Shown: positions 10,244-20,639, counted from the stretch's first letter. The stretch is 64,000 nucleotides of DNA from a bacterium (GCA_965199855.1 OZ241326.1:736001-800000), one strand, 5' to 3'. Notes: a model not told the origin generated them from the sequence alone. A program made the numbers and translations.

Positions 10244-11323
10244 CTAGTAGAGCTCCGTCGCGCCCTCGCCGGCGGCCTCCTGCTTGGGCCGCCAGCGCAG
10301 GAGGTAGCGCTCCAGCCGGTTCACGGCGGCGTTGGCGATGAGGACGATGAACATGAGCAGGATGAGGCCCGCGAAGGAGCCCGCGATGTTGAACAGGTTG
10401 CTCGCGTGCTGAATCATGAAGCCCAGCCCCTGGCTCGCCGCCATGAACTCGCCCAGGATGGCGCCGATGATGGCGAAGGGGACGCCGATCTTGAGCCCGG
10501 TCAGTATCCAGGGCATGGAGGCGGGCAGCGTGACCTTCCAGAGAACCTGCATCTCGTTCGCGCCCATGACCTGGGCGAGATTCCTGAGCGCCGGGTCCAC
10601 CCCGCGCAGGCCCGCGTAGGTGTTCATGAAGGTGAGGAAGAGCACCAGGCTCACGGCCAGGACGATCTTCGACTCGACCCCGATGCCGAACCAGATGATC
10701 AGGATGGGTGCCATCGCCACGCGCGGGATGCCGTTCACCGCGACGATGAAGGGGTCGAGTATCTCGGCGAGCGTCTCCAGCCGCGCCAGCACGAACCCCA
10801 GGGCGATCCCCAGCGCGGCGCCGATGACGTAGCCCAGGAACGCCTCGTACATCGTCGTCCAGGTGTCGATGAAGAGGCTGCCCGAGAGGGTGATGTCCAC
10901 CATGTAGTCGAGGACGCGAAGCGGCGAGCCGAACCAGAACGGGTCCACGCAGAGCCACCGCTTGGGGCCGATCTCCCAGGCGCTCAGCTCCCACATGACG
11001 AGAAAGCCGCCCGCGAAGGAGACGCGGTAGGCGAGCATCCGCAGGCGCGGATTCCCGATGAAGCGGCCCGCGCGCGTCATCGAGGCGTCCAGGACGGCGA
11101 TGGCGTGGAAGAACATCCCCGTGACCGAGCAGGCCATGTAGCCGCCCGCCGTCAGCGCGAGCAGGAGGGAGCCCTTGAGGTAGTCGCCCCGCCAGAGCTG
11201 GGGGACGCCCGGCAGGGGCAGGGTGAGGAGAAACGCGCCCCACTTCGGGAGGGCGCGCCGGGCGGGGGGCGCCTGGGGGTCCCTCCGCGGTTCATGCGTC
11301 CGGCGTCCGGTGGCGTCCGCCAT
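10244..11323 (-). CDS. NitT/TauT-family ABC transporter permease
   Basis: IPRVAMAPILIIWFGIG, VTLPASMPWILTGLK, GEFMAASQGLG. Confidence 0.88.
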   Translation of the reverse strand: MADATGRRTHEPRRDPQAPPARRALPKWGAFLLTLPLPGVPQLWRGDYLKGSLLLALTAGGYMACSVTGMFFHAIAVLDASMTRAGRFIGNPRLRMLAYRVSFAGGFLVMWELSAWEIGPKRWLCVDPFWFGSPLRVLDYMVDITLSGSLFIDTWTTMYEAFLGYVIGAALGIALGFVLARLETLAEILDPFIVAVNGIPRVAMAPILIIWFGIGVESKIVLAVSLVLFLTFMNTYAGLRGVDPALRNLAQVMGANEMQVLWKVTLPASMPWILTGLKIGVPFAIIGAILGEFMAASQGLGFMIQHASNLFNIAGSFAGLILLMFIVLIANAAVNRLERYLLRWRPKQEAAGEGATELY

Positions 11324-11352
11324 GTCGATTCCCTCCCCGGCTCGCGGAGCGC

Positions 11353-12156
11353 CTAGGTCGCCGCCCCGTTCTTCATCCATTCCTCGCTGCGCCGCACCTC
11401 CTCGCGCAGCTCCTTCCACAGCTGATCGTAGGTTCGCCTGAACGCCTCCTGGCCGTGGATGGTGAACACGTCCCGCGGACGCGGGATGTCCACCCGGGTG
11501 ACGCTCCGCGTGGCGCCGGGCCGGCTCGTCATGACGACCACCCGATCCGCCAGGGCGATCGCCTCGACGAGGTCGTGCGTGATGAAGATGACGGTCTTGC
11601 GCGCCTCGCGCCAGAGCTGAAGCAGCTGATCCTGAAGGATGATGCGCGTCTGGGCGTCGAGCGGCCCGAAGGGCTCGTCCATCAGGATGACCTCGGGGTC
11701 GTAGATCAGCGTGCGGATGATGTTGGCGCGCTGGCGCATCCCGCCGGAGAGCTCGTGGGGATAGTGATCCTCGAACCCCGCCAGGCCCACCCGCTGGATG
11801 TATTCGCGCGCCTTCGCCTCCCGCGTCCTCTGATCGACCCCGCGCACCTCCAGGGGAAAGGCCACGTTCTTCAGCAGGGTGCGCCAGGCGTAGAGATAGT
11901 CCGACTGCGGCACGTAGCCGATCTCGGTGTTGATGCCCCGGAGCTCGCGCTCGCGGTAGGCGATGGCGCCCGAGGTCGGGCGCACCAGCCCGATGATGGA
12001 GTTGAGCAGCGTGGACTTTCCGCAGCCGCTCGGCCCCACGATGGTGAGGAACTCCCCCTCCTCGACGTCGAGGCTCAGGTTCTCGACGGCGAGCACGCGG
12101 CTACCCCGCGAGAGGAACTCCTTGTGAAGGCCGCGAATCGAGAGAATGGGAGGCAC
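11353..12156 (-). CDS. NitT/TauT-family ABC transporter ATP-binding protein
   Basis: GPSGCGKST, LSGGMRQR, MDEPFGPLDAQTR. Confidence 0.92.
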   Translation of the reverse strand: MPPILSIRGLHKEFLSRGSRVLAVENLSLDVEEGEFLTIVGPSGCGKSTLLNSIIGLVRPTSGAIAYRERELRGINTEIGYVPQSDYLYAWRTLLKNVAFPLEVRGVDQRTREAKAREYIQRVGLAGFEDHYPHELSGGMRQRANIIRTLIYDPEVILMDEPFGPLDAQTRIILQDQLLQLWREARKTVIFITHDLVEAIALADRVVVMTSRPGATRSVTRVDIPRPRDVFTIHGQEAFRRTYDQLWKELREEVRRSEEWMKNGAAT

Positions 12157-12235
12157 GGAGCGTCGTCTCCGCCGCCGGGGAGAAGCCTCGCGCGGCTCCG
12201 CCCCGGCGGATTCGATGGGTGAAAAGGCGTCTCCC

Positions 12236-13276
12236 CTAGCGGGGCAGATAATCGTCCGAGACCAGAACGCTGCGCGGAAAGGGCTTCTTGAGCTTGCCCG
12301 CCGCGACGAGCAGGTTCTGGGTGATATCGACCGCGCGCTGGGTGACCTTCCCGTCCAGCGAGACGGCCTTCTTCACCGCCTCGATGCTGGCGCGCAGGAG
12401 GCGCTTGTCCGTCTTGGCGAAGTATATCTGGATGCTCTCCCGAATCCGCTCGGCGGAATTCTCGGAGATCCACCTGTTCGCCTTGAGGAGCGCGCGCACC
12501 ACCTTGCGGACGGTGTCGGGGTTCTTCTTCGCGTAGTCGGGCCGCACGAGCAGCACCTCCATCATGAACTGATCCATCTTCGGGTCCTCGCCCGCCGAGT
12601 TCGTGATGAAGGGAATGGCGCCGCCCCGGAAGACGGCCGTCTCCGGCACGGGAATGGTCTGGATGGCGATTTGTATCTTGTTCTGCTCGAGGGCGGCGAT
12701 GAGCACCGGCCCCGCGCCCGCGCCGATGAGCTTCACTTCCTTCTGGGGCGCGTAGCCCGCCTCGCGGATCCAGTATTCGCCCTGGTTGTAGGTGAGCGCG
12801 CCGGGGCGCGTGGCGCCCACGACGAGCCCCTTCATCTTCCTGAGCTTCTCCCTGTAGGGGGTGCTCGCGGTGATGCCCAGCTTCTTCGCCACGTCCTTGC
12901 GGATGGCGGAGTTGACGATGCTGCGGTTCAGGCAGCTCATCACGGCGATGAGGCGGCCGCCCGCCTTGACGGCGTTGATCTGGTAGGTGCCCGCCGCGAC
13001 GGAGAACTCCGCCTTGCCCGCGAGGTTGGCCTTGATGTCCGGGCCGCCGCCCCGGGTGGAGATGACCTCGACGGCCAGGCCCTCATCGGCGAAGTAGCCG
13101 TTCGCGCGCGCCACGTAGTTGCTGACGAAGGCGAGACTCTCCACCGCCTGGGTGATGATGACCTTCTTGACGGCCGCCTCCGGGCGGACGGCGGACGCGA
13201 GGATGAGCGCCGCCGCCACCGCGAGCGTCCAGATCGACCTGAAGAGGAAATTCCGCGGATTCGCTCCGTTTCCCAT
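12236..13276 (-). CDS. NitT/TauT (NMT1-like) ABC substrate-binding protein
   Basis: Signal peptide; ANGYFADEGLAVEV motif; operon context. Confidence 0.85.
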   Translation of the reverse strand: MGNGANPRNFLFRSIWTLAVAAALILASAVRPEAAVKKVIITQAVESLAFVSNYVARANGYFADEGLAVEVISTRGGGPDIKANLAGKAEFSVAAGTYQINAVKAGGRLIAVMSCLNRSIVNSAIRKDVAKKLGITASTPYREKLRKMKGLVVGATRPGALTYNQGEYWIREAGYAPQKEVKLIGAGAGPVLIAALEQNKIQIAIQTIPVPETAVFRGGAIPFITNSAGEDPKMDQFMMEVLLVRPDYAKKNPDTVRKVVRALLKANRWISENSAERIRESIQIYFAKTDKRLLRASIEAVKKAVSLDGKVTQRAVDITQNLLVAAGKLKKPFPRSVLVSDDYLPR

Positions 13277-13767
13277 GATCTCAGCCCCCCTTTGGCCGCG
13301 AGGTTCGCGGCTCGCCTCATGGAATTTCCCGAGGCCCCGGGGCGGGACGCGCCCGGCGCGTCGGGAATATGGGACTCTCCTTCGATTCCTCCTCCGCGAG
13401 GAGCGCGGCGGCCCCGAAAGGCCCCTTTCCCGTTCTGATGAGCTGAAAGAATACCACACCCGCCGGGCGCGCCGCAAGACGGCGAAAACCGCCCCTGGTC
13501 CTCGATGGCGGGGAATGAGGCATGGCGGGAGCAGCCCTCTACCCGGCGCCGCCCTCTCGGGGGGCAAGGCGGTTTCGCCTTCGCAGGGGCGGTTCGCGAG
13601 CCGCCCGATTTGACGGCATGGGCCGACAACCCGGCGATCGTCCGTTTGGTTGGCGGGGCGGGTCGTTCCCGAACGACCCCTACGGGATTTTCGCGCCTTG
13701 GCGGGACGGGAATATAGCGCAGACAACCACGGGGGTTCTCCCCACGCCTCCCCCCGGGCGGCGGCCC

Positions 13768-14066
13768 GGGTCCGGAACGGGCGTTTTCCCCGAAAATCCC
13801 GCCGACGAAATGTTCCACGTGGAACAATCGCGAGCGCCTGCGCGCATTCGCCCGCATTTGCGAGGCGGCGATGGCGCCGGGCCGGGTTATATTCCTGGTG
13901 CGGCGAGAGTGCGCCCGCGGGGGGAGGGAAGGCGGACGAACCGGGGATTGAACGGGGTCGTCAAAGGGGTCTCTAAAAGGTGGAAAACAGCTCCCTATTT
14001 GCAGGATAAGGCCGTGAATTTGTCTGATTTTGTCGAAATTCGCAAAAGCGCATACGCCGCTTTCAC
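13768..14066. repeat. Non-coding ~300-bp element, copy 2
   Basis: Direct homology to 9902-10200. Confidence 0.8.
13811..13826. promoter_or_regulatory. parS-like ParB binding site
   Basis: Perfect palindrome TGTTCCACGTGGAACA matches the chromosomal parS consensus TGTTNCACGTGNAACA. Confidence 0.75.
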
Positions 14067-14563
14067 GGAGCGAAAAGGGACGCATGAATGCGTGAGAAGC
14101 GCCCCTCGGCGCTTCACCTACGGGTGATGGCGGCGACGGTCCCGTAGGGGCGGTTCGCGAGCCGCCCGTTTGGGGTGGTCGCCCATGGGCGACGGTCCCG
14201 TAAGGGCGGGGTTCTGTGGCCGCCCGTTTTCAAGAAAGATTCACAGCGGAGGCGGGTCGTTCCCGAACGCCCCCTACGGGATGGCGCGCCGTCGGGATGC
14301 GAACGCGGCGAAGGACAACCACGGGGGGTTGTCCCTGCGAAAGCAATCCGTTCGGCGGGCGGGGTTGGCGACGGTTCCGTAGGGGCGACCCCTCCCCGGG
14401 GCCGCCCCGCAATTCGGGAACCGCCCGCCTGCCGCCGAGCGAAACGGGACGCATATACGCGCCCCGCCTCCCGCCTCCTGCCCCTTCCGTCCTCCCGAAG
14501 CGCCGGAGGATTTCATGGCGCGGGGGCGCGGCAACCCCCTCAAGCCGCCGGGCGCCCCGGCCT

Positions 14564-15472
14564 CTACACGGGCTGATCCCCCTTGATCTGGGTGCGGTGC
14601 ATGACGCGCGGGTGGGTGCCGGCGTGGGGTTCGCGGTAGTGCATGGCGCAGCGGTTGTCCCAGAGGAGCATGTCGCCCGGCCGCCACTCGTGCGCCCAGA
14701 CGAGCTCGGGGCGGCAGGCGTGTTCCCAGAGGAAATCGAGCAGCTCCTCGCTCTCGGCCTCCTCCATGCCGTCGATGTATTGGGAGGGCCAGGCGCGCCT
14801 GCGGCCCAGGTAGAGCGCGCGCCTGCCCGATGCGGGGTGCGTCCGCGCGAGGGGATGATGCGGCCCCGGAACCTCCGAGGGCTTCGTGGGCATCCTGACG
14901 CCCGGGCGAAGCGTCCCCGCCGAGTTGCGGCTGGAGTCGTGGACGGCGGCGCGCCCCTCGATCTTCTCCTTCACCTCGTCGGGCAGGGTCTCGTAGGCGA
15001 GATACTGGTTGCTGAAGCAGGTGTTCCCGCCCGAGGGGGGAAGGACGCGCCCGTAGAGCAGGCTGCCCGCCGGCGGCTCCTCGACGTAGGAGTTGTCGCT
15101 GTGCCAGACGACCTCGCCGCTGCCCAGGCTGTCGTTCTCCTGCACGGGGCTTCCGTTCTCGTCCAGGTTGTGGACGACGGTGATTTCGGGATGCCGCGCC
15201 GCCCAGGACTGCTCCTTGCCCGCCTTGTCGTAGTAGGCTTTGGCGGCGCCCACCATGGGCTCGCCGAAGACGCGCGTGGCGTCCAGGTGCTGCTCCTCGG
15301 TGAGCTCCTGATCCCGGAAGAGCAGGACGAGATGCTCCGTCCAGGCGCCGCGCATGGCGCGGGCGACCTCCTCCGGCACGGGGCGGGCGAAGTCCACCCC
15401 CCTGATCTCCGCGCCCAGGGCGGCGCCCGTCGGGACGACCTGAAATGTGTCGAGTGAATTCTCCGCGCTCAC
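14564..15472 (-). CDS. TauD/TfdA-family Fe(II)/2-oxoglutarate dioxygenase
   Basis: LGAEIRGVD, WHSD, WDNRCAMH, RVMHR. Confidence 0.92.
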   Translation of the reverse strand: MSAENSLDTFQVVPTGAALGAEIRGVDFARPVPEEVARAMRGAWTEHLVLLFRDQELTEEQHLDATRVFGEPMVGAAKAYYDKAGKEQSWAARHPEITVVHNLDENGSPVQENDSLGSGEVVWHSDNSYVEEPPAGSLLYGRVLPPSGGNTCFSNQYLAYETLPDEVKEKIEGRAAVHDSSRNSAGTLRPGVRMPTKPSEVPGPHHPLARTHPASGRRALYLGRRRAWPSQYIDGMEEAESEELLDFLWEHACRPELVWAHEWRPGDMLLWDNRCAMHYREPHAGTHPRVMHRTQIKGDQPV

Positions 15473-15647
15473 CCCCGCTCCTCCCTTTGAAAGGTTTTCG
15501 GCTCCCGTCCCGAAGCGGCGGCCGCCGGGGACGCCTCGTTCGGCGAGGCTGCCGGCCGCGCCGCTTTTCGGACGATGGACGCGCCAGTGTATAGAATCGC
15601 GCCCGCCGCGTAAAGAATCGCCGCGCGCGAGAGCGCGCGCGGATTTC

Positions 15648-16385
15648 ATAGGGGCGACCCCTCCCCGGGGCCGCCCCACAATTCTGGGATGGTTGCCTAC
15701 GGGTGGTGATGGGGTGCAGGGGCGGTCCCTTGTGGCCGCCCGTTGCGCTGATCGCCCTTCGCGCGGGTTCCGCCCCCGACGCGCAGGGATTTTCGCGCGG
15801 CGGCGGGATACGAATGCAGCGAAGGACAACCACAGGGGGTTGTCCCTACGGAGGGGGCCAAATCGCCGTGATTCGCATCGTGGCCGCGAACGGGGCGCGA
15901 ATTCGCGCCCCCTACGGGCGGGGGGCAACGGTTTCGCAGGGGACGCATTCATGCGTCCCGCCCGTCGTTCGGCGGGGATGCGGGTTTCGTGTTTCCGTAG
16001 GGGCGGTTCGAGAACCGCCCGTTTTGACAGTGGGGGACGACAACTTGGCGATTGTCCGTTTGGTTGGTGGGGCGGGGCGTTCCCGAACGCCCCCTACGGG
16101 CGAAATGCGCGAAGGACAACCACGGGACGCGGGATTTCGCAGGGGCGGTTCGAGAACCGCCCGTTGCGATGATCGCCCGCCGATCGGGTTCCGCCCCCGA
16201 TATGCGGGGACAGGTCGCGACCTGTCCCTACGGGATTTTTGGGCCTTGGCGGGATGGAGACGCGGCGCGGACAACCACGGGGGGTTGTCCCTACGATCCG
16301 CATTACAACCCGGAACGGGGCGCGAATTCGCGCCCCCTACGGGCGGGGGGCAACGGTTTCGCAGGGGACGCATTCATGCGTCCCG
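15648..16385. repeat. Second cluster of GTAG-type REP-like palindromes
   Basis: About 12 hairpin units; ~70-bp block GAACGGGGCGCGAATTCGCGCCCCCTAC...GCAGGGGACGCATTCATGCGTCCCG repeated near 15888 and 16314. Confidence 0.8.
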
Positions 16386-16430
16386 CGCCTTTTGGCGTTG
16401 AATGCGCGGCGGGGCGGCTATCGAGGCGCC

Positions 16431-18347
16431 CTAGCGCGCTTCCCGGAGATACACCACCGAGAGGGGGGGGAGCGTCAGCTCCATCGAGAAGGGCTGGCCG
16501 CTCCAGGGCGTCTCCTCCGCGCGGCGGGGGTCGGGATTCCCCATGCCGCCGCCGCCGTAGATTTCCGCGTCGCTGTTCAGCGTCTCGACCCATTCGCCGT
16601 CGGCGGGAACGCCCATGCGGTAGCCCGGGCGCGGCACGGGGGTGAGGTTCGCCGCCACGAGCAGCATGGGCTCGTCCTCCGTGGCGACGCGCGCGAAGCC
16701 CAGCACGCTCTCGGCGGCGGCGTCCGCGCTCACCCAGATGAAGCCGCGCGGGTCGTAGTCGCGGCGGAACAGGGCGCGCTCCCGGCGATAGAGGGCGTTC
16801 AGGTCGCGCACCCACCGCGTCAGCCCCGCCCGGAGCGGCTCCCCGGCGAGGCGCCAGTCGAGCGCGCCCTCGTGGCTCCACTCCCGCCACTGGCCGAACT
16901 CCCCGCCCATGAAGAGGAGCTTCTTGCCGGGCTGGGCGAACATCAGCCCGTAGAGGGCGCGGAGGTTCGCGAACCTGCGCCACTCGTCTCCCGGCATCCT
17001 GCCGAGCAGGGAGCCCTTCCCGTGCACCACCTCGTCGTGGGAGAGCGGGAGCACGAAATTCTCGTTGTAGGCGTACAGCATCCGGAAGGTGAGCAGGTTG
17101 TGGTGGTATTTGCGGTGAACGGGGTCCTTCTTCATGTATTCGAGCGAGTCGTGCATCCAGCCCATGTCCCACTTCATGCCGAAGCCCAGCCCTCCCGCGT
17201 CCACGGGCCGCGAGACCATCGGCCAGGCGGTGGACTCCTCCGCGATGGTCTGCGCGTCGGGGAAGCGGCGATAGACCTCCGCGTTCAGCCGCCTGAGAAA
17301 GGAGATGGCCTCCAGGTTCTCGCGGCCGCCCTCCCGGTTCGGGAGCCACTCGCCCTCCTTTCTCGAATAGTCGAGATAGAGCATCGAGGCCACGGCGTCC
17401 ACGCGCAGCCCGTCGACGTGGAAGCGATCCAGCCAGTAGAGGGCGCTGCTGATGAGGAAGGCGGAAACCTCGTTGCGCCCGTAGTTGAAGATGTGGCTCC
17501 GCCAGTCGGGGTGGAACCCGCGCCTCGGGTCGGCGTGCTCGTAGAGGTGGGTGCCGTCGAAGAAGCCCAGCCCGTGCCCGTCGGTGGGGAAATGCGAGGG
17601 CGCCCAGTCGAATATCACGCCCAGGCCGCGCTGGTGGAGATGGTCGACGAGATACATCAGGTCCTGCGGGCGGCCGTAGCGGCTCGTGGGAGCGAAGTAG
17701 CCCGTGGTCTGATAGCCCCAGGAGCCCTCGAAGGGATGCTCCATGAGCGGCAGGAACTCGACGTGGGTGAAGCCCATGTCGAGCATGTACCCGGCGAGCT
17801 CAGGAGCCAGCTCCCGATAGGTGAGCGGCCGGTTTCCCTCGTGAGCCGCCCTCCGCCAGGAGCCGGCGTGCATCTCGTAGATGGAGATGGGCGCCTCGCG
17901 GCCGTTGCACGCGCCGCGGCACTCCATCCAGTCCGCGTCCCCCCACTCGTAGTCGAGGCTCCAGACGACGGAGCCGCTCCTCGGGGGAACCTCGCAGTAG
18001 AACGCGAACGGATCGGCCTTCTCCGCGCGGTAGTCCGCGACCCGCGAGTGAACGTGATACTTATAGACCTCCCCCGTCCCCACGCCGGGGACGAACCCCG
18101 CCCATATTCCCGAGCTCTCCACCGGCGCCAGGGGGCAGGCGCCCTCCTTCCAGTCGTTGAAGTCTCCGATGACGCTCACGCTTCTCGCGTTGGGCGCCCA
18201 CACGGCGAAGTGGACGCCCGGCTCCCCCTCCGCCGTCATGGGGCGCGCGCCCATCTTCTCATACAGGGCGAAGTGGGAGCCCTGGTTGAACAGGTGGACG
18301 TCGTAGTCCGTGATGTGGGAAAGCGCGGGATAGTGAACGACGCTCAC
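16431..18347 (-). CDS. glgB: 1,4-alpha-glucan branching enzyme
   Basis: FAVWAPNA, SWGYQTTGY, GLRVDAVASMLY, AEESTAW, LSHDEVVHGK; GTGA overlap with glgX stop. Confidence 0.95.
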   Translation of the reverse strand: MSVVHYPALSHITDYDVHLFNQGSHFALYEKMGARPMTAEGEPGVHFAVWAPNARSVSVIGDFNDWKEGACPLAPVESSGIWAGFVPGVGTGEVYKYHVHSRVADYRAEKADPFAFYCEVPPRSGSVVWSLDYEWGDADWMECRGACNGREAPISIYEMHAGSWRRAAHEGNRPLTYRELAPELAGYMLDMGFTHVEFLPLMEHPFEGSWGYQTTGYFAPTSRYGRPQDLMYLVDHLHQRGLGVIFDWAPSHFPTDGHGLGFFDGTHLYEHADPRRGFHPDWRSHIFNYGRNEVSAFLISSALYWLDRFHVDGLRVDAVASMLYLDYSRKEGEWLPNREGGRENLEAISFLRRLNAEVYRRFPDAQTIAEESTAWPMVSRPVDAGGLGFGMKWDMGWMHDSLEYMKKDPVHRKYHHNLLTFRMLYAYNENFVLPLSHDEVVHGKGSLLGRMPGDEWRRFANLRALYGLMFAQPGKKLLFMGGEFGQWREWSHEGALDWRLAGEPLRAGLTRWVRDLNALYRRERALFRRDYDPRGFIWVSADAAAESVLGFARVATEDEPMLLVAANLTPVPRPGYRMGVPADGEWVETLNSDAEIYGGGGMGNPDPRRAEETPWSGQPFSMELTLPPLSVVYLREAR

Positions 18348-20485
18348 GGGCGCGCCTCCTCCCGCGCGGCGGGCGAAGCGTCGGCGCGCTCGAGGAGCGC
18401 CAGGGAGCCTCCCCCGAGAAGATAGGCGCCGTCCGGGCGCAGCCGCTCCCGCAGGGCCTCCTCGTCGCCGTCGTCGAAGGCGTCGATCAGCACGCGCCAC
18501 TCCCTCGCCCTGTCCTCCGCGAGGAAGAAGAAGGGCGCCGCCTCATGGTGAGCGTTCATCAGGACCATCAGCGTATCACGGTTCGCGCCGCGCCGGGCGG
18601 AGGCGCCCTCCTCCCGCGGCGCCCGCAGCCGGAAGCCGAAGCGCTTCACGCGGGGATCCTCCCAGTCGCGCGCCTCCAGCTCGCGGCCCGAGTCGTGGAG
18701 CCAGACGATCTCGGCGTCCTCCGGGTCCTCGCCTCCTCTCGGCGGGAAGAAGCGCGCGCGGCGAAACGCGGGCCGCGCCCGCAGGCGAATGAGCCGCCGG
18801 ACGAAGGCGCGCAGATTCGCGCCGCTCTCCGCCGGCGTCCAGTCCGCCCAGGAGAGGCCGTTGTCCTGGCAGTAGGCGTTGTTGTTTCCGCCCTGGGAGC
18901 GGCCGAACTCGTCGCCCGCCTGGAGCATCGGGACGCCCTGGGCGAGGAACAGGCTCGCCAGCAGGCTTCTCTTCCGCCGCGCGCGCCGCGCCAGGACGCA
19001 GGCCGCGTCCGTCGCCCCCTCCGCCCCGCCGTTCGAGCTGTAGTTCTCGTCCGCGCCGTCCCGGTTGCCCTCCAGGTTCCCCTCGTTTCGCTTCTCGCGG
19101 AAGCTCACCAGGTCCTCGAGGGTGAACCCGTCGTGGCAGGCGATGAAGTTGACGCCCGCCCGGGGGGAGCGTCCGCGGGCCTCGAAGACGTCGCTGCTCC
19201 CCGCCAGGCGCGTGGCGAAATCCGCCGCCCCCCTCTCGTCCCCCCGCCAGAAGCGGCGCGCCGCGTCGCGGAACCTGTCGTTCCATTCCGCCCAGCCGGC
19301 GGGAAAGTTTCCGAGTTGATAGCCTCCCTCGCCCAGATCCCACGGCTCCGCGATGAGCTTGAGGTTCGAGAGGAGAGGATCCGCGGCGACGGCCCGAAAA
19401 AACGGGGCGTTCGGGTCGAAGCCTCCCGCGCCCCGCCCGAGGGAGGGGGCGAGGTCGAACCGGAAGCCGTCCACGCGAAACTCCTCCGCCCAGTAGCGCA
19501 GGCTGTCGAGGATCAGGCGCAGGACCATCGGGTGGGCCGCGTTCAGCGCGTTTCCGCAGCCGGTGGCGTCGGCGTAGCGGCGCATGTCCCCGGGGTCCGC
19601 GCGGTAGTAGGAGCGGTTGTCGATGCCCCGGAACGAAAGGTGCGGCCCCCTGAAGTCACCCTCCCCGGCGTGTCCATAGACCACGTCCAGAATCACCTCG
19701 ACGCCCGCCCGGTGAAGCGCCCGCACCATCTCCTTGAACTCGGCGATCTGCCCGCCCCGGTCGCCGCGGCTGGAGAACCGCGCGTCCGGGGCGAAGAAGC
19801 CTATCGACCCGTAGCCCCAGTAGTTGGAAAGCCCCAGCTCGTGGAGACGATGCTCGGAGACGCGGTGATGGACGGGCAGGAGCTCCACGGCCGTTACGCC
19901 CAAATCCTTGAGGTATTCGACCACGGCCGGACGCGCCAGGCCCGAATACGTCCCCCGCAGACGCTCCGGCGCGCCCGGATGCCGCATGGTGAAGCCCTTG
20001 ACGTGCAGCTCGTAGAGGATGGTCTCCTCCCAGGGCGTCCGCGGCCGGACGTCTCCCTCCCAGTCGAAGGAAGTCTCGGCGAGCACGCTTCGGGGAGTCG
20101 CGTGGGCGTTGTCGCGCTCGTCCATGCGGCGGAGGTCGCCGGGGGGGGCGTGGGCGTACATCTCCGCGCCCCAGCGCGCCTCGCCCGCAATCGCCTTCGC
20201 GTAGGGGTCGAGCAGCACCTTGTGCGGGTTGAAGCGATGCCCCTCCTCGGGGGCGTAGGGGCCGTGGACGCGAAACCCGTAGAGCGCGCCGGCTTCGAGG
20301 CCCTCCGCCTCGGCGCGCCAGACGCCGCCCTCGCCCCTGGCGAGCGGAATCCGCGCCGTCTCCCTGGCGGGCGCCTCGGGGTCGAACAGGCAGAGCTCGA
20401 TCGCCTCGGCGTGCTCCGAGAAAAGCGCGAACCGCGCCCCCCCCTCCCGCAGTTCGGCGCCCAGGCGATCCTCCGGCCGGCTCAT
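18344..20485 (-). CDS. glgX: Glycogen debranching enzyme
   Basis: LLDPYAK, YELHVKGFT, NYWGY, DGFRFDLA, IAEPWDLG, NNNAYCQDN. Confidence 0.93.
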   Translation of the reverse strand: MSRPEDRLGAELREGGARFALFSEHAEAIELCLFDPEAPARETARIPLARGEGGVWRAEAEGLEAGALYGFRVHGPYAPEEGHRFNPHKVLLDPYAKAIAGEARWGAEMYAHAPPGDLRRMDERDNAHATPRSVLAETSFDWEGDVRPRTPWEETILYELHVKGFTMRHPGAPERLRGTYSGLARPAVVEYLKDLGVTAVELLPVHHRVSEHRLHELGLSNYWGYGSIGFFAPDARFSSRGDRGGQIAEFKEMVRALHRAGVEVILDVVYGHAGEGDFRGPHLSFRGIDNRSYYRADPGDMRRYADATGCGNALNAAHPMVLRLILDSLRYWAEEFRVDGFRFDLAPSLGRGAGGFDPNAPFFRAVAADPLLSNLKLIAEPWDLGEGGYQLGNFPAGWAEWNDRFRDAARRFWRGDERGAADFATRLAGSSDVFEARGRSPRAGVNFIACHDGFTLEDLVSFREKRNEGNLEGNRDGADENYSSNGGAEGATDAACVLARRARRKRSLLASLFLAQGVPMLQAGDEFGRSQGGNNNAYCQDNGLSWADWTPAESGANLRAFVRRLIRLRARPAFRRARFFPPRGGEDPEDAEIVWLHDSGRELEARDWEDPRVKRFGFRLRAPREEGASARRGANRDTLMVLMNAHHEAAPFFFLAEDRAREWRVLIDAFDDGDEEALRERLRPDGAYLLGGGSLALLERADASPAAREEARP

Positions 20486-20639
20486 CTTTCTCCCGCTTCC
20501 ATCGGCGAGGCCGCCCCCGCCCGTTCAAAAGGCGCATTCTCTCCCCCCGGCGCCGGGAGGAGATTTTCCGGAAAGCGATGATGCGTTCAACGCGCGCGAA
20601 GGACGCCGCCATCTTCCGGCGCGCCTTCCCGCCGGCTCC

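Larger units (their letters stand above)
13583..14407. repeat. Cluster of GTAG-type REP-like palindromes
   Basis: G(T/C)AGGGG-led hairpins in alternating orientation, e.g. GTAGGGGCGGTTCGCGAGCCGCCC, GGGTCGTTCCCGAACGACCCCTAC, GGACAACCACGGGGGGTTGTCCCT. Confidence 0.8.

Noticed and set aside
13583-16385. CRISPR array
   Set aside because: Units differ in sequence, alternate in orientation and are irregularly spaced; no cas genes. Fits REP clusters.
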